From positions 5,654 to 69,653 of the forward strand of contig MNXB01000117.1 of the NCBI GenBank assembly GCA_001871125.1: 64,000 nucleotides of DNA, read 5' to 3'. The number at the start of each line of letters is the position of its first letter. Within the stretch, counting starts at the first letter, position 1. Positions 37,896 through 47,638 of this stretch are shown one piece after another. The notes under the pieces are model-generated. The model saw nothing but the letters and a program-made list of their open reading frames with translations. It ran no database searches and had not been told where the DNA came from. The stretch is from Elusimicrobia bacterium CG1_02_37_114. Its GTDB lineage: Bacteria; Elusimicrobiota; Endomicrobiia; CG1-02-37-114. A program made the translations under genes and the position numbers.

Positions 37896-40800
37896 TTATT
37901 TTTCTCTTCGGACAAGGAACCTTAATTTTGCTCCAAACTTTTGGCTCCAGTCGTCAATGATTATGTATATAACAGGCAGGACTATGAGCGTGAGGACTGT
38001 TCCGATAAATAATCCACCCATAATTGAGACAGATACTACAGAGCGCATTTCAGCGCCTTCAGAACGGCTTATTGCCATGGGTATCATACCCAAAATTGTA
38101 GTCAACGCTGTCATAAGGACAGGCCTTAGCCTTGTGTTTCCGGCTTCAATTATAGCTTCTATTTTTTCTTTACCTCTGCGGATGAGCTGGTTAATATAAT
38201 CAACCAGCACAATACCGTTGTTGACAATCGTCCCGCTGAGGATAAGCCCGCCCATACCCGCAGGCAGACTGATTGGTTTTCCTGTAAAAAAAAGTGCAAG
38301 TATTACTCCGACAAAGGCAAACGGCACGGTAAACATTATAACAAACGGATGCACCAGCGACTCAAATTCTGCTGCCATTACCATGTAAATCAGAACAAGT
38401 GCCAGGAGAAGTATTAAACCCAGGTCCCTGAAGGTTTCAAACATCTGTTGGGCTTCTCCTGAATACTGGACAAAATATCCTTCGGGTAAAACAATCTTTC
38501 CGATTACTTTTTTTGCGTCTCCTATGACGCCCGCCAGGTCTCTTCCGACAATGTCCGCCGTAACAGAAACGACTCTCTTCTGGTTCTCCCTTTTTATGTT
38601 TACATAACCCGCACCATATTCAATTCTGGCAAGTTCCTTCAGCGGGACACTGCCCCTTGCCATAGGTGAAAAACCTTGTGCCATGACGCCTATTTTACCT
38701 ATATCCTCAATAGAATTTCTGTCTTCTTTTCTAAACCTTACCTTCACGTCAAACTCGTCTCCGCCAGACCTGTATTTTGTTGCAACTTTCCCCTGAAAAG
38801 CAGTTTTGATTGTCTGTGCCACCAGTCCGACCGTAAGACCGCTCCTAATTGCTTTCTCGCGGTCAATACTGATTTTAAGTTCCGGTTTACCGGTTTCAGC
38901 CGAATTTGATATGTTTGTTATCCCTTTTACTCCTTCAAGTTTGACTGAAATCTGGTTTGCAATTTCTGTGAGCATGTTGAGGTCTTTACCGAATATTTTT
39001 ATGTCAACGGGTTTCTGGTTCTGTCCCCCCAGCATCATAGCGCTGCCCATACTCCTAAATTCTATTTTAACTCCGTCAAACTCAGGTGTTTTTCTTTTTA
39101 TTTCTTTAAAAATCTGCACACTGCTCTTTTTGCGGTACTTTTTGTCAACCAGTTTGATAAATAATTGCGCTTCATGAACACCCGTAGCACCGGTGCCCAT
39201 TGAAGCATCTATTTCCTGTCCTTCACCAACACCAACAATACCACCTACAACCTCTATCCCTTCCTGATTCATAAGAATATTCTCTACAAGATTAGTTATT
39301 CTGTTTGTTTCTTCAACCGAAGTACCGACAGGCAGCTTGATGCTTCCCATAGACATGTTGTTATCCATTTCAGGGAAAAATTCTTTGCCCGTAAAAAAAA
39401 CTGCTACCAATGCGCATACCACTACACTACCAAAAACAATCATCAGGGTTTTCTTTTTGTTATGCAATGCCTTTCTTAAAATACCTGTATAAACATTCTT
39501 TATAGGGTTAATCACTCTTGCTTCCCATTTGGACGACTTCCCGTGGTCAAGTGTCCTGCCACTTCTTGTAAGAATCTTTGAAACCATCACGGGTATAATC
39601 GTAAGTGAAACAAGCAGTGATGCTATCAGGCTGACCGAAACCGTGATGCCTAACCCTTCAAAAATCTTTCCTGTTATTCCTTTTGCAAAAAACAATGGCA
39701 GAAATACTACAACCGTTGTAAGTGTTGATGCGGTTATTGCCATCCCGACTTCCGATGCACCGTCTATTGAGGCGTTTATCCTGTCCTTCCCCTCCTTGAA
39801 ATGCCTGTATATATTTTCAATGACAACGATTGAATTATCAACAAGCATACCCACACCTAAGGCAAGTCCCGCCATAGTGATGAAATTCAACGTCTGCCCG
39901 GCAAAATAAAGAAAAATGAAAGTCCCGAGTATTGAAAGCGGTATATTGAGCGCAATCGCCAGCGTAGGTCTCCAGTTCCAGAGGAAAAAGTATAAAACTA
40001 TTACAGCAAGTATACCTCCCACTACCGCATTTGAAGTGGTGGCGCTTATCATTCTGTTAATGAAAGTCGCCTGGTCAAAAATTTCCATTACTTTTATGTC
40101 TTCCGGTAAGAGTTTTTTAATGTTCTTCATTTCTTTCTTTATTTTATTGCTTACAAGGACAGTATTTGCTCCGGATTCCTTTGAAACAATCAACAGGACC
40201 GAATTTTTTGTATTGGTTCTGACAAAGGACCTGGCTTCTTTTGCCGTCTTTTGAACATCAGCAACATCCTTCACGTATATTGGGACCTTTGATTTAACCG
40301 TTATGGGTATGTTTTTTATCTCCTCAATATCCCTGAATTCGGCAAGCGTCCTTAAAATGTATTCCCTGTGTCCGTCCTCAACATATCCTCCGGGGACATT
40401 TATATTCTCGGAGGCAAGTCTCATTATAATATCGTCCATTGAAATACCTAACGAATCAAGTTTCTGCCTGTCAATCTCTATCAGTACTTCTTCCTCTTCA
40501 CCGCCATATACCAGGACACTCGCCACGCCGTCAACCTGTTCAAGTTTGTTCTTCAGGACATCTTTTGAAACCCGCAGAAGACTTTTAAGAGACCTGTCTT
40601 CTCCCCCTATTACACCCCATTCAAGCAACGGTATCATAGAGATGTCAAACTTATATACAATCGGCTTACTGATATCCGCAGGAAGGGCATAACTCTTCAT
40701 AAAATCTATGCTGTCCCTTATATCCTGGGCAGCCATATCAATGTTTGTCCCCCATTCAAATTCTACCGATATCACTGAAAACCCTTCAAGAGAAACCGAG

Positions 40801-41042
40801 TTCACCTTCTTTACATTTTTCACGGTTGAGATAACCTCTTCAAGCGGTTTTGTCAGGACATTCTCAATATCTTCAGGCGTAACTCCGGGATATCCTACTG
40901 CAACAGAGATTATGGGATATGTTATATCAGGCATTAAATCAAGTCCTAACCTGGTATAAGAGACAAAACCCAGGACAACTATAAGCAATATTACCATAGT
41001 AGCGGTTACTGAATGATGTACGGAAAATTTCGGGATATTCAT
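37896..41042 (-). CDS. RND efflux transporter, AcrB/CzcA family
   Basis: 1048 aa, 12-TM RND topology with AcrB-like periplasmic loops. Confidence 0.92.
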   Translation of the reverse strand: MNIPKFSVHHSVTATMVILLIVVLGFVSYTRLGLDLMPDITYPIISVAVGYPGVTPEDIENVLTKPLEEVISTVKNVKKVNSVSLEGFSVISVEFEWGTNIDMAAQDIRDSIDFMKSYALPADISKPIVYKFDISMIPLLEWGVIGGEDRSLKSLLRVSKDVLKNKLEQVDGVASVLVYGGEEEEVLIEIDRQKLDSLGISMDDIIMRLASENINVPGGYVEDGHREYILRTLAEFRDIEEIKNIPITVKSKVPIYVKDVADVQKTAKEARSFVRTNTKNSVLLIVSKESGANTVLVSNKIKKEMKNIKKLLPEDIKVMEIFDQATFINRMISATTSNAVVGGILAVIVLYFFLWNWRPTLAIALNIPLSILGTFIFLYFAGQTLNFITMAGLALGVGMLVDNSIVVIENIYRHFKEGKDRINASIDGASEVGMAITASTLTTVVVFLPLFFAKGITGKIFEGLGITVSVSLIASLLVSLTIIPVMVSKILTRSGRTLDHGKSSKWEARVINPIKNVYTGILRKALHNKKKTLMIVFGSVVVCALVAVFFTGKEFFPEMDNNMSMGSIKLPVGTSVEETNRITNLVENILMNQEGIEVVGGIVGVGEGQEIDASMGTGATGVHEAQLFIKLVDKKYRKKSSVQIFKEIKRKTPEFDGVKIEFRSMGSAMMLGGQNQKPVDIKIFGKDLNMLTEIANQISVKLEGVKGITNISNSAETGKPELKISIDREKAIRSGLTVGLVAQTIKTAFQGKVATKYRSGGDEFDVKVRFRKEDRNSIEDIGKIGVMAQGFSPMARGSVPLKELARIEYGAGYVNIKRENQKRVVSVTADIVGRDLAGVIGDAKKVIGKIVLPEGYFVQYSGEAQQMFETFRDLGLILLLALVLIYMVMAAEFESLVHPFVIMFTVPFAFVGVILALFFTGKPISLPAGMGGLILSGTIVNNGIVLVDYINQLIRRGKEKIEAIIEAGNTRLRPVLMTALTTILGMIPMAISRSEGAEMRSVVSVSIMGGLFIGTVLTLIVLPVIYIIIDDWSQKFGAKLRFLVRREK

Positions 41043-41932
41043 TTTTTCATCTCCACTTTTGTACCGTCAAGGAGTCCAAAATTACCCTCGTATATTACCC
41101 GTTGATTGATTTTCAGTCCGTTCTTAATTTCAGTTTTCTCGCCGTCAGTTGTGCCGGTTACCACTGTCATTTCCTTTGCCCTGTCGTCTTCAATAACGAA
41201 AACCGATTCTTTATCTAATTTTTTAACGATTGCACTGCTCGGCACAAGAAGGACACCGTTGCGTCCCCCCACTATGATTTCTGCCCTGACAAACATGCCT
41301 GATTTGAGATAATGCTCCTTATTGGGCACCGATATTTTGATTTTTGTTTTTCTCGTTGATGGGTCAGCGGCAGTATCAACTTCTGCCACTTTGCCCCGGA
41401 AACCCCTGTCGCCATAGACATCTGCTGTAACCTTTGAGGACTGACCTTTTCTGATTCTTCCCATATCTTTCTCGGATGCATATACTTCCACTATGACATT
41501 GTCTGTATTTGATACCATAGCAATTGGTTTCGTCGACATAGATTGAGAAGGGAAGACATATTCACCCAGCCCGACAAAATACTGTGTTACAATACCGTCT
41601 ATCGGAGACCTGACCTCTGCGGAAGCAAATTCCATCGCCTCCTCATCCCTCTCAACAAGGGCAATCGTCTCGCCTTCTTTAACAAGGTCGCCTTCACTCT
41701 TTAATTTCTTAAGTAACTTACCGGGGACTTTTGAATAAATATTCGTTTCCTCCTGACCGTATGCATCGCCTGCAAGCGATATTGTTTCATATATATTTCC
41801 TGTTTTTGCTTGTGTAACCTTTACGGGAACAGCCGCCTCAATTTTTTCTTCTTTTGATTTGTCTTTCTTCCCGCATCCGTAAACTATTAATAGTACACTG
41901 AACAACAATAATAATTTTTGTTTAATCGTCAT
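41039..41932 (-). CDS. RND periplasmic adaptor (membrane fusion protein, HlyD family) lipoprotein
   Basis: Lipobox LIVYGC. Biotinyl-lipoyl and beta-barrel MFP domains. Overlaps the RND gene. Confidence 0.88.
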   Translation of the reverse strand: MTIKQKLLLLFSVLLIVYGCGKKDKSKEEKIEAAVPVKVTQAKTGNIYETISLAGDAYGQEETNIYSKVPGKLLKKLKSEGDLVKEGETIALVERDEEAMEFASAEVRSPIDGIVTQYFVGLGEYVFPSQSMSTKPIAMVSNTDNVIVEVYASEKDMGRIRKGQSSKVTADVYGDRGFRGKVAEVDTAADPSTRKTKIKISVPNKEHYLKSGMFVRAEIIVGGRNGVLLVPSSAIVKKLDKESVFVIEDDRAKEMTVVTGTTDGEKTEIKNGLKINQRVIYEGNFGLLDGTKVEMKK

Positions 41933-42055
41933 AATTGGTCTCTCCTCTTATTGGTAACTATTCAGTCAACCATTAGGAATTAAGGCTTTAGCCTTTTAAT
42001 AAAAGCCTAAAGGCTAAATTCCTCAACTTAAGACATACTTCAGTAGTTACTCTTA

Positions 42056-43942
42056 TTATTTACCCATTGCCCTATCTAAACCTGCAACTGCTGTATTATA
42101 ATCGTAAAGTGATTGCTGATAATTTAATTCTGCCTGTGTTAATGCCAACTGGACATCCCTGACTTCAAGGGACGACATAAGTCCCAGCGCATATCTCTTT
42201 TCTGCTATTTCAAGGTTATCTTTTGCAGTATCAACATTTTCTTTCTGCGCCTCAATACTCTTTTTTGCCTGTTCATAGTCATAATATGTCTTTTCCAGTT
42301 CTAATTCTATCATTTGTCTGACCTGAACAGATGAGAATTCAGTCTGTTTAAGGTTTGCCTTTGCCTGTCTCACTTTGCTGTAAGTGGAAAAACCGTTAAA
42401 AATAGAAATCTGGAAAACGAGTGATGCAGACCACCTATCGTCCCAGGTGGACCAGTCAGACGACCATTCCGCATTCTGTAAATCACGACTCCCGCTGACC
42501 AGTAATGACGGGCCGTATTCTGCCTTTGACATTTTTACCATACCTGACATAATTTTCTTTTGAAATTCTAATTGTCTTATCTCAGGACGATTCTTTAACC
42601 CGCTGTCTAACAAATCTTTGTAATTATAGTCCAGCGGTATATATTCTAATTCGCCTTTAAATTCCATGGACTTATCTTCAGAATTTATGACATTTAATAA
42701 TAACTGCTTTGCTAATTTTAATCCATTTTCCACCCTGAGTAAGTTCACTTTAGCATTTGAAACAGCAACCCTTGCCCTTGAAACATCGTAACCGGATGCC
42801 TTGCCTTCATTGTAAAGTGCCTGGGTAACCTTAAAATGGTTTTCACTGACAGCAAAACCTTCATCTGCAATCTCCAGCGTTTTCTCCGTAAGTAAATACC
42901 TGTAAAAACTTTCTTGAACATTATATATTAGGTCATTTTTTGTCTTTCTGTATTCTTCCTGTGTTACTTCGTAACCAAAATATGCCTGCCTGTTAACCTG
43001 GTAAAGTCTGCCTGACATAAACAACGGCTGTTGAAGTGCTAATTTGCCTCCATAAATTTCTGTTGAAGTCATAGCGGGACTGATATCAAAAGGCAATACC
43101 ATACCCGGGGGTAATTCAAAAGTAGGTTTGCTCAATTTAGTATAGGTTCCGCTGAGTGAAAGTTTCGGTAAAAGAGTTGAAAACGCTTCTAATTTTTTTG
43201 CCCTGGCTGATTTAATCTTCTGCTCGGCAACTTTTATCTGCGGGTTATTTTCCAGTGCTGACTTTATACAATCTTCTAAAGTAAATATACTCTGTGCAAA
43301 TAATGTCTGTGACAGCAAAAACAATGCAAGAATACAGATTGCAACAGTCCTTTTTGCGACACCATATAGAAATATATCCAGTAACTTCTTTTTATTAATA
43401 TTTTTACCCGTGGGAACGGACATTTCCTTAAATCCTTCAAATAAACTGCCGTGCACAAGAGATGTAAATACTATTGCATAAAACATGGGGTTGTCTTCTC
43501 TGAAAATACTTTCTTTTATACCCCTTTTCATTATCAATACTATTTCTGAAATCATAACTTCCATTTTCTTATGAAGTTCAATCTGCACGTCTTTTTCCAG
43601 GATTAAAGGTCCCTCGCGGTGCATAACAGAAAAAATTGAATTGTTACTATTTAGAAAAGATATAACCTCTTCTAACAGAAAAACCATCTGCTTTTTAAAA
43701 TCCACCTTCTTTGCCCGCACCCCCCTTATCTTATCAGCAAGTTCATCTAATAATTTATACAGAATTTGTGCCAGAAGATCTTTCTTGTCTTTGAAATAAA
43801 GATAGAACGTGCCCTTGCCAATACCTGCCTTCCGCGCAATATCTTCAATCAGGCACTGGTGATAGTCTTTAGTGCTGAATAGTTCCTTGGCAGATTCAAG
43901 AATTTTTAAACGGTGATTCTCCATAATTTCTTTTTTCTTCAA
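42056..43942 (-). CDS. in-frame ORF combining a TetR-family regulator (residues 1-173) and a TolC-like outer membrane factor (from ATG 43423)
   Basis: TetR HTH (ESAKELFSTKDYHQCLIEDIARKAGIGKGTFYLYF), then signal-like stretch VAKRTVAICILALFLLSQTLFAQ, then two TolC repeats. No stop separates the two parts. Confidence 0.75.
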   Translation of the reverse strand: MKKKEIMENHRLKILESAKELFSTKDYHQCLIEDIARKAGIGKGTFYLYFKDKKDLLAQILYKLLDELADKIRGVRAKKVDFKKQMVFLLEEVISFLNSNNSIFSVMHREGPLILEKDVQIELHKKMEVMISEIVLIMKRGIKESIFREDNPMFYAIVFTSLVHGSLFEGFKEMSVPTGKNINKKKLLDIFLYGVAKRTVAICILALFLLSQTLFAQSIFTLEDCIKSALENNPQIKVAEQKIKSARAKKLEAFSTLLPKLSLSGTYTKLSKPTFELPPGMVLPFDISPAMTSTEIYGGKLALQQPLFMSGRLYQVNRQAYFGYEVTQEEYRKTKNDLIYNVQESFYRYLLTEKTLEIADEGFAVSENHFKVTQALYNEGKASGYDVSRARVAVSNAKVNLLRVENGLKLAKQLLLNVINSEDKSMEFKGELEYIPLDYNYKDLLDSGLKNRPEIRQLEFQKKIMSGMVKMSKAEYGPSLLVSGSRDLQNAEWSSDWSTWDDRWSASLVFQISIFNGFSTYSKVRQAKANLKQTEFSSVQVRQMIELELEKTYYDYEQAKKSIEAQKENVDTAKDNLEIAEKRYALGLMSSLEVRDVQLALTQAELNYQQSLYDYNTAVAGLDRAMGK

Positions 43943-43968
43943 TTTATCAGGCCCCTCTACTCCTATAT

Positions 43969-43988
43969 ATGACTGACCAGTCAGTCAT
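43969..43988. promoter_or_regulatory. 20-bp palindrome ATGACTGAC-CA-GTCAGTCAT upstream of the tetR start; candidate TetR operator
   Basis: 9-bp perfect arms. Further palindromes GTCAACC-TCTC-GGTTGAC and TTGACC-TACTC-GGTCAA at 44013-44042. Confidence 0.45.
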
Positions 43989-44058
43989 TATTATAACAAC
44001 AAAACTACATTTTGTCAACCTCTCGGTTGACCTACTCGGTCAATGGTTTTTTGGTTCT

Positions 44059-44253
44059 TGGTTCTTCAGGTTTTATTGTAGAACAATATTTATGTTAATT
44101 TATTGTTAACGGATTCTTATCCAAGCAAGTCTGAGTACACAGACTGTGTCATAATCCCATTGGAATCCCGAACTTGTTCGGGTAGTACTATCAAGTTTTG
44201 TCATGTTTTGATTTATTTTGTTATTTTTTAGCCCCAACAAGTTGGGGAATCCG
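44059..44253. repeat. about 200-bp intergenic repeat element, copy 2 (module A direct, module B inverted relative to copy 1)
   Basis: See 24004-24203. Internal inverted repeats TGTGTCAT...ATGACACA flank module B. Confidence 0.6.
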
Positions 44254-44398
44254 TCAGAATGACACAATCCTTGCAAATGTTAAGATTATGTAAAATTATC
44301 TATTCTTCTAAATATCTTAAACAAATGCATTCTAATGCATCTCTACAATAAAACCCGAAGAACCAGAATTTCTCAAAGAAATACCCGCATATTTTGCA

Positions 44399-45565
44399 TT
44401 AAAATTTGCCGGCAAGGAAATCGTTTGCGGATTTTACTTCTATATTGTGTGAAAGAGAATAATTGTCTCTTCCCGAATATATCACAATACCCCCGGAAAC
44501 GCCAAGTTGTTCAATGCATCTTTGAAAACCGGACAGGTCAGATTTCGTTACAGTTGTTGAGGTTTTAATTTCGTAAGCAGTTAGATCATTACTTTCTTTT
44601 ACCAGTAAATCTATTTCATCGCCCTGGGCAGTACGATAGAAATAGAACTCAGGTGATGATTTTTTTGACGCATGCATGCCCTTGATGATATTTTCAATTA
44701 TTAACCCCTCAAAACTAAAACCTCTATGGGGAGACGTCCTGAGTTCTTCCTTTGAATTTATTCCAAGAAGATAATGGAGAATACCCGTATCCCGATAATA
44801 AAGTTTAGGATGTTTTACAAGCCGTTTGCCGACATTGGTAAAATAGGGATACAACCGCCTTACCAGAAAATATTTTTCCAGTATATCTACATAGCTGTTT
44901 ACCGTATGATAGCTGATTCCAAAAGCAGATGCTATTTCCGAAGCGTTCCAGTGTTTGCCGTGTACATGAGCAACCATGGTCATTAATTGTATTTGCTTTT
45001 GCGCGGAGAGAGTTACCTGATGATAGCGTAAAATATCTCTTTCAACAAGTGATTTTATATATTGTTCTACCCAGATAACGTGATTATTTAGCGTCCACTT
45101 TAAAGGTTCGGGATACCCGCCCTTTAACCAGAAATCCTCTAAGTTCATTTTCACATTATTATGAATCTCGGAATACGTCAGTGTACTAAGTTCAATTAAA
45201 CCAATTCTACCTGTCAGAGATTCTGAGATTTCTTTTAAGAGCAATGGATTAACGGAGCCAAGCAAAACGATTTGTCCTTTTTTCCTTCGGTTACTGTCTA
45301 TGAAACTTCTCAAGTATGAAAAAATAGCCGGAATCTCCTGCACCTCGTCTACAATGCAGTGTTTGCCGTACTCTTGAAAAAAATACTCAACATCAGGCCG
45401 GAGCTTATTGTAATCAGATGGTTTTTCAAGGTCAAAATATCGCCATTGCCTTAATTCGTTTTTAACAAAGGTCGTTTTGCCCGCCTGTCTCGGCCCTACT
45501 ACGGCAACAACGGGGAAGAGTTTAAGAAACGCAGCCAGTTTTGTTGAAAGCAGCCTTTTTATCAT
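44399..45565 (-). CDS. AAA+ ATPase, AAA_14/DUF4143 family
   Basis: Walker A GPRQAGKTT and the DUF4143 C-terminal region. Confidence 0.75.
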   Translation of the reverse strand: MIKRLLSTKLAAFLKLFPVVAVVGPRQAGKTTFVKNELRQWRYFDLEKPSDYNKLRPDVEYFFQEYGKHCIVDEVQEIPAIFSYLRSFIDSNRRKKGQIVLLGSVNPLLLKEISESLTGRIGLIELSTLTYSEIHNNVKMNLEDFWLKGGYPEPLKWTLNNHVIWVEQYIKSLVERDILRYHQVTLSAQKQIQLMTMVAHVHGKHWNASEIASAFGISYHTVNSYVDILEKYFLVRRLYPYFTNVGKRLVKHPKLYYRDTGILHYLLGINSKEELRTSPHRGFSFEGLIIENIIKGMHASKKSSPEFYFYRTAQGDEIDLLVKESNDLTAYEIKTSTTVTKSDLSGFQRCIEQLGVSGGIVIYSGRDNYSLSHNIEVKSANDFLAGKF

Positions 45566-45652
45566 GTATGCATTATAGCAATTATATTTCTATTTTGCAA
45601 ACCTACCTTCCAGACAGGTATAGTATATAATTTTAAACTTAATTTCTCAAAT

Positions 45653-46285
45653 TCAGGTCTGCGATAAGATAATCCGGAGCAGGGGGGACCAGAGGAGAAC
45701 TCCGATTATAAAAATTAACCAGGGGAAATCGGAAGCGGTGGGTTGCCTTGTAACTAAATTTGTATTCCATGTATTCCATACAAATGATACAAAAATAACA
45801 ACTGCACCTGAAATGAACAAAATCCAGTTGAATTTAACAGGACATTCTGTTTTAGTCTGGATATATAAAATAGAAATTGCCATAATTATCATTACTATTG
45901 ATACAAGGGCTGGCGCCAGGACAGGTGCAACCCATGTCACCGGAATCAGAAAAAGTATATCCCAGGTAAATAAATTCTGCGGCCAGTTGAGTAACGTCTT
46001 TAACCATACATAATAAAATATATCCCATACACCAAAAATAAATAGAAATGTAGCGAATTTTGTGATTCTGTTTTTTCCATTTGCCAGACTCACTGCAGTA
46101 ATCACAACAATAGTAGCAATTTCCCGGAGAATCTCTGTCAATAAAATTTTTGGCGGTATTAACTTCAAAGGAAAATAAAAACCTTCCGGGTAATATAATT
46201 CTCTAAGGTAAACCACTACAACAGCTTCAATAAAAGCCAGGGAAATGGCAAAAAATGTGATAGGCGATAATTTTTTTACAGGCAA
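45653..46285 (-). CDS. polytopic membrane protein, unknown function
   Basis: About 6 predicted TM helices, no recognisable motif. Terminal gene of the GNAT-Spt-SDR operon. Confidence 0.5.
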   Translation of the reverse strand: MPVKKLSPITFFAISLAFIEAVVVVYLRELYYPEGFYFPLKLIPPKILLTEILREIATIVVITAVSLANGKNRITKFATFLFIFGVWDIFYYVWLKTLLNWPQNLFTWDILFLIPVTWVAPVLAPALVSIVMIIMAISILYIQTKTECPVKFNWILFISGAVVIFVSFVWNTWNTNLVTRQPTASDFPWLIFIIGVLLWSPLLRIILSQT

Positions 46286-46290
46286 GAGAA

Positions 46291-46476
46291 TTATTTATAT
46301 TCTTCCGTATCAATTCCAGAATAGGCTTTTCTTATATTTTCTATTTTGAGATGATTTTTTTTCCCGGAAAGCGTTATTAACCCTGCCAGGATTAATAAAG
46401 CCGCGGAAGTTAGAAACACCAGTCCCAAAATAGAACCATTTTCTGTCTCTTCAATTTTTTCCTTCTGTTCTGTCAT
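46291..46476 (-). CDS. small single-TM protein
   Basis: 61 aa with one hydrophobic helix. Confidence 0.4.
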   Translation of the reverse strand: MTEQKEKIEETENGSILGLVFLTSAALLILAGLITLSGKKNHLKIENIRKAYSGIDTEEYK

Positions 46477-46519
46477 TTTCTGCTCCTAATTTAATATATG
46501 GGTGTCATAAATGCCACCA

Positions 46520-47632
46520 CTACAGCGTTTTTTCATAGACACGATATTTTTTATATATTTTCCCGCCCATCATTTCAGCCGCCCTGCACATCGCTATATT
46601 GTCTTCAAGGACCCAGGACATTTCTGCGGTTTTATACCCGAGTTTAATTCCCCTCTCTACTATTTCATAGAACATTATTCCTTCAATACCCCGGTTACGA
46701 TATTGTTTTTTTACACCCATAATCATTATACGAAGAGTTTTTATTCTATTCTTATACCATAAAAATTTTATTAATTCAACAGGACCCATTTTACCATTTA
46801 ATTTTTTTAATACTTCAAAATAATTCGGTACTCCTACTAACATACCGACCGGCTCTGTCCCTATATAGATAAAGAAAACCAATTCCGGGACAACTAATGG
46901 TTTAAGATTTGCACATTGATAATAAAACTCTTCCTCTGTCCAGGGCACAAACCCCCAGTTTTTTCCCCAGGCATTGTTATAAATTTCTCTTATTCGTTTT
47001 ATTTCATTGTCATAGTCCTTCAGATTTACCTGTCTTATGGTGAGTTTTGGTTCACGTCTTTTTATTTTTTCGTTCAGCCGATTAAGCCTTTCCATCGGAA
47101 CGGTTTTTTCTGTAATCTGATATGCATATAAATCTTTATCTTTTTTCAAACCATACTTTTCCGCCAACCCGTGATAGTACTCAGGATTGTAAGGCATCAT
47201 CAGAACAGGCGGTGAATCAAACCCTTCCAGTAAAAAACCGAGTTCATCATTTGTGGAAGGTGCAGTCGGGCCCATCATTTTTTTCATACCTTTTTCCTTC
47301 AGCCAGTTTTCAACAGCAGATAACAATAATTCAGCAACGGAATAATCGTTCATGGCTTCAAAAAATGCAAAGAACCCTGTCTGTTCATTGTGAAATTCAA
47401 GATAGTTTCTGTCAATTACACCTGCTATGCGTCCGACAATTTCGCCGTTATTTTCCGCAAGGAACAATCTCTGTTCCGAGTGCTTCCAGAAAGGGTTTTT
47501 GTTTTTATTTAACAGTTTTTTTATGTCTGAAATAAGCTGCGGTACCCAGTAGGGGTCATTTTTATAAACTTTCCACTGAAATTTTATAAATTTCATCAAA
47601 TCTTTTTCGGTTTCAACAGTTCTTATCTGCAT
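46520..47632 (-). CDS. double-GNAT-fold N-acyltransferase (candidate bacterial ceramide-synthase-like / aminolipid N-acyltransferase)
   Basis: C-terminal GNAT motif A (GVKKQYRNRGIEGIMFYEI). N-terminal degenerate GNAT. Context with Spt-like and SDR genes. Confidence 0.6.
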   Translation of the reverse strand: MQIRTVETEKDLMKFIKFQWKVYKNDPYWVPQLISDIKKLLNKNKNPFWKHSEQRLFLAENNGEIVGRIAGVIDRNYLEFHNEQTGFFAFFEAMNDYSVAELLLSAVENWLKEKGMKKMMGPTAPSTNDELGFLLEGFDSPPVLMMPYNPEYYHGLAEKYGLKKDKDLYAYQITEKTVPMERLNRLNEKIKRREPKLTIRQVNLKDYDNEIKRIREIYNNAWGKNWGFVPWTEEEFYYQCANLKPLVVPELVFFIYIGTEPVGMLVGVPNYFEVLKKLNGKMGPVELIKFLWYKNRIKTLRIMIMGVKKQYRNRGIEGIMFYEIVERGIKLGYKTAEMSWVLEDNIAMCRAAEMMGGKIYKKYRVYEKTL

Positions 47633-47638
47633 ATGCGG

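Noticed and set aside
38676-40959. Chain of plus-strand ORFs inside the RND transporter gene
   Set aside because: Antisense to a 1048-aa AcrB-family gene with full-length similarity.
24004-44253. The 20-kb region between the two composite repeat copies considered as an integrated genomic island at tRNA-Ser
   Set aside because: No integrase/recombinase, phage or conjugation genes between the repeats. The repeats are not directly adjacent to the tRNA 3' end, and module B is inverted between copies. A MITE-like dispersed repeat fits better.
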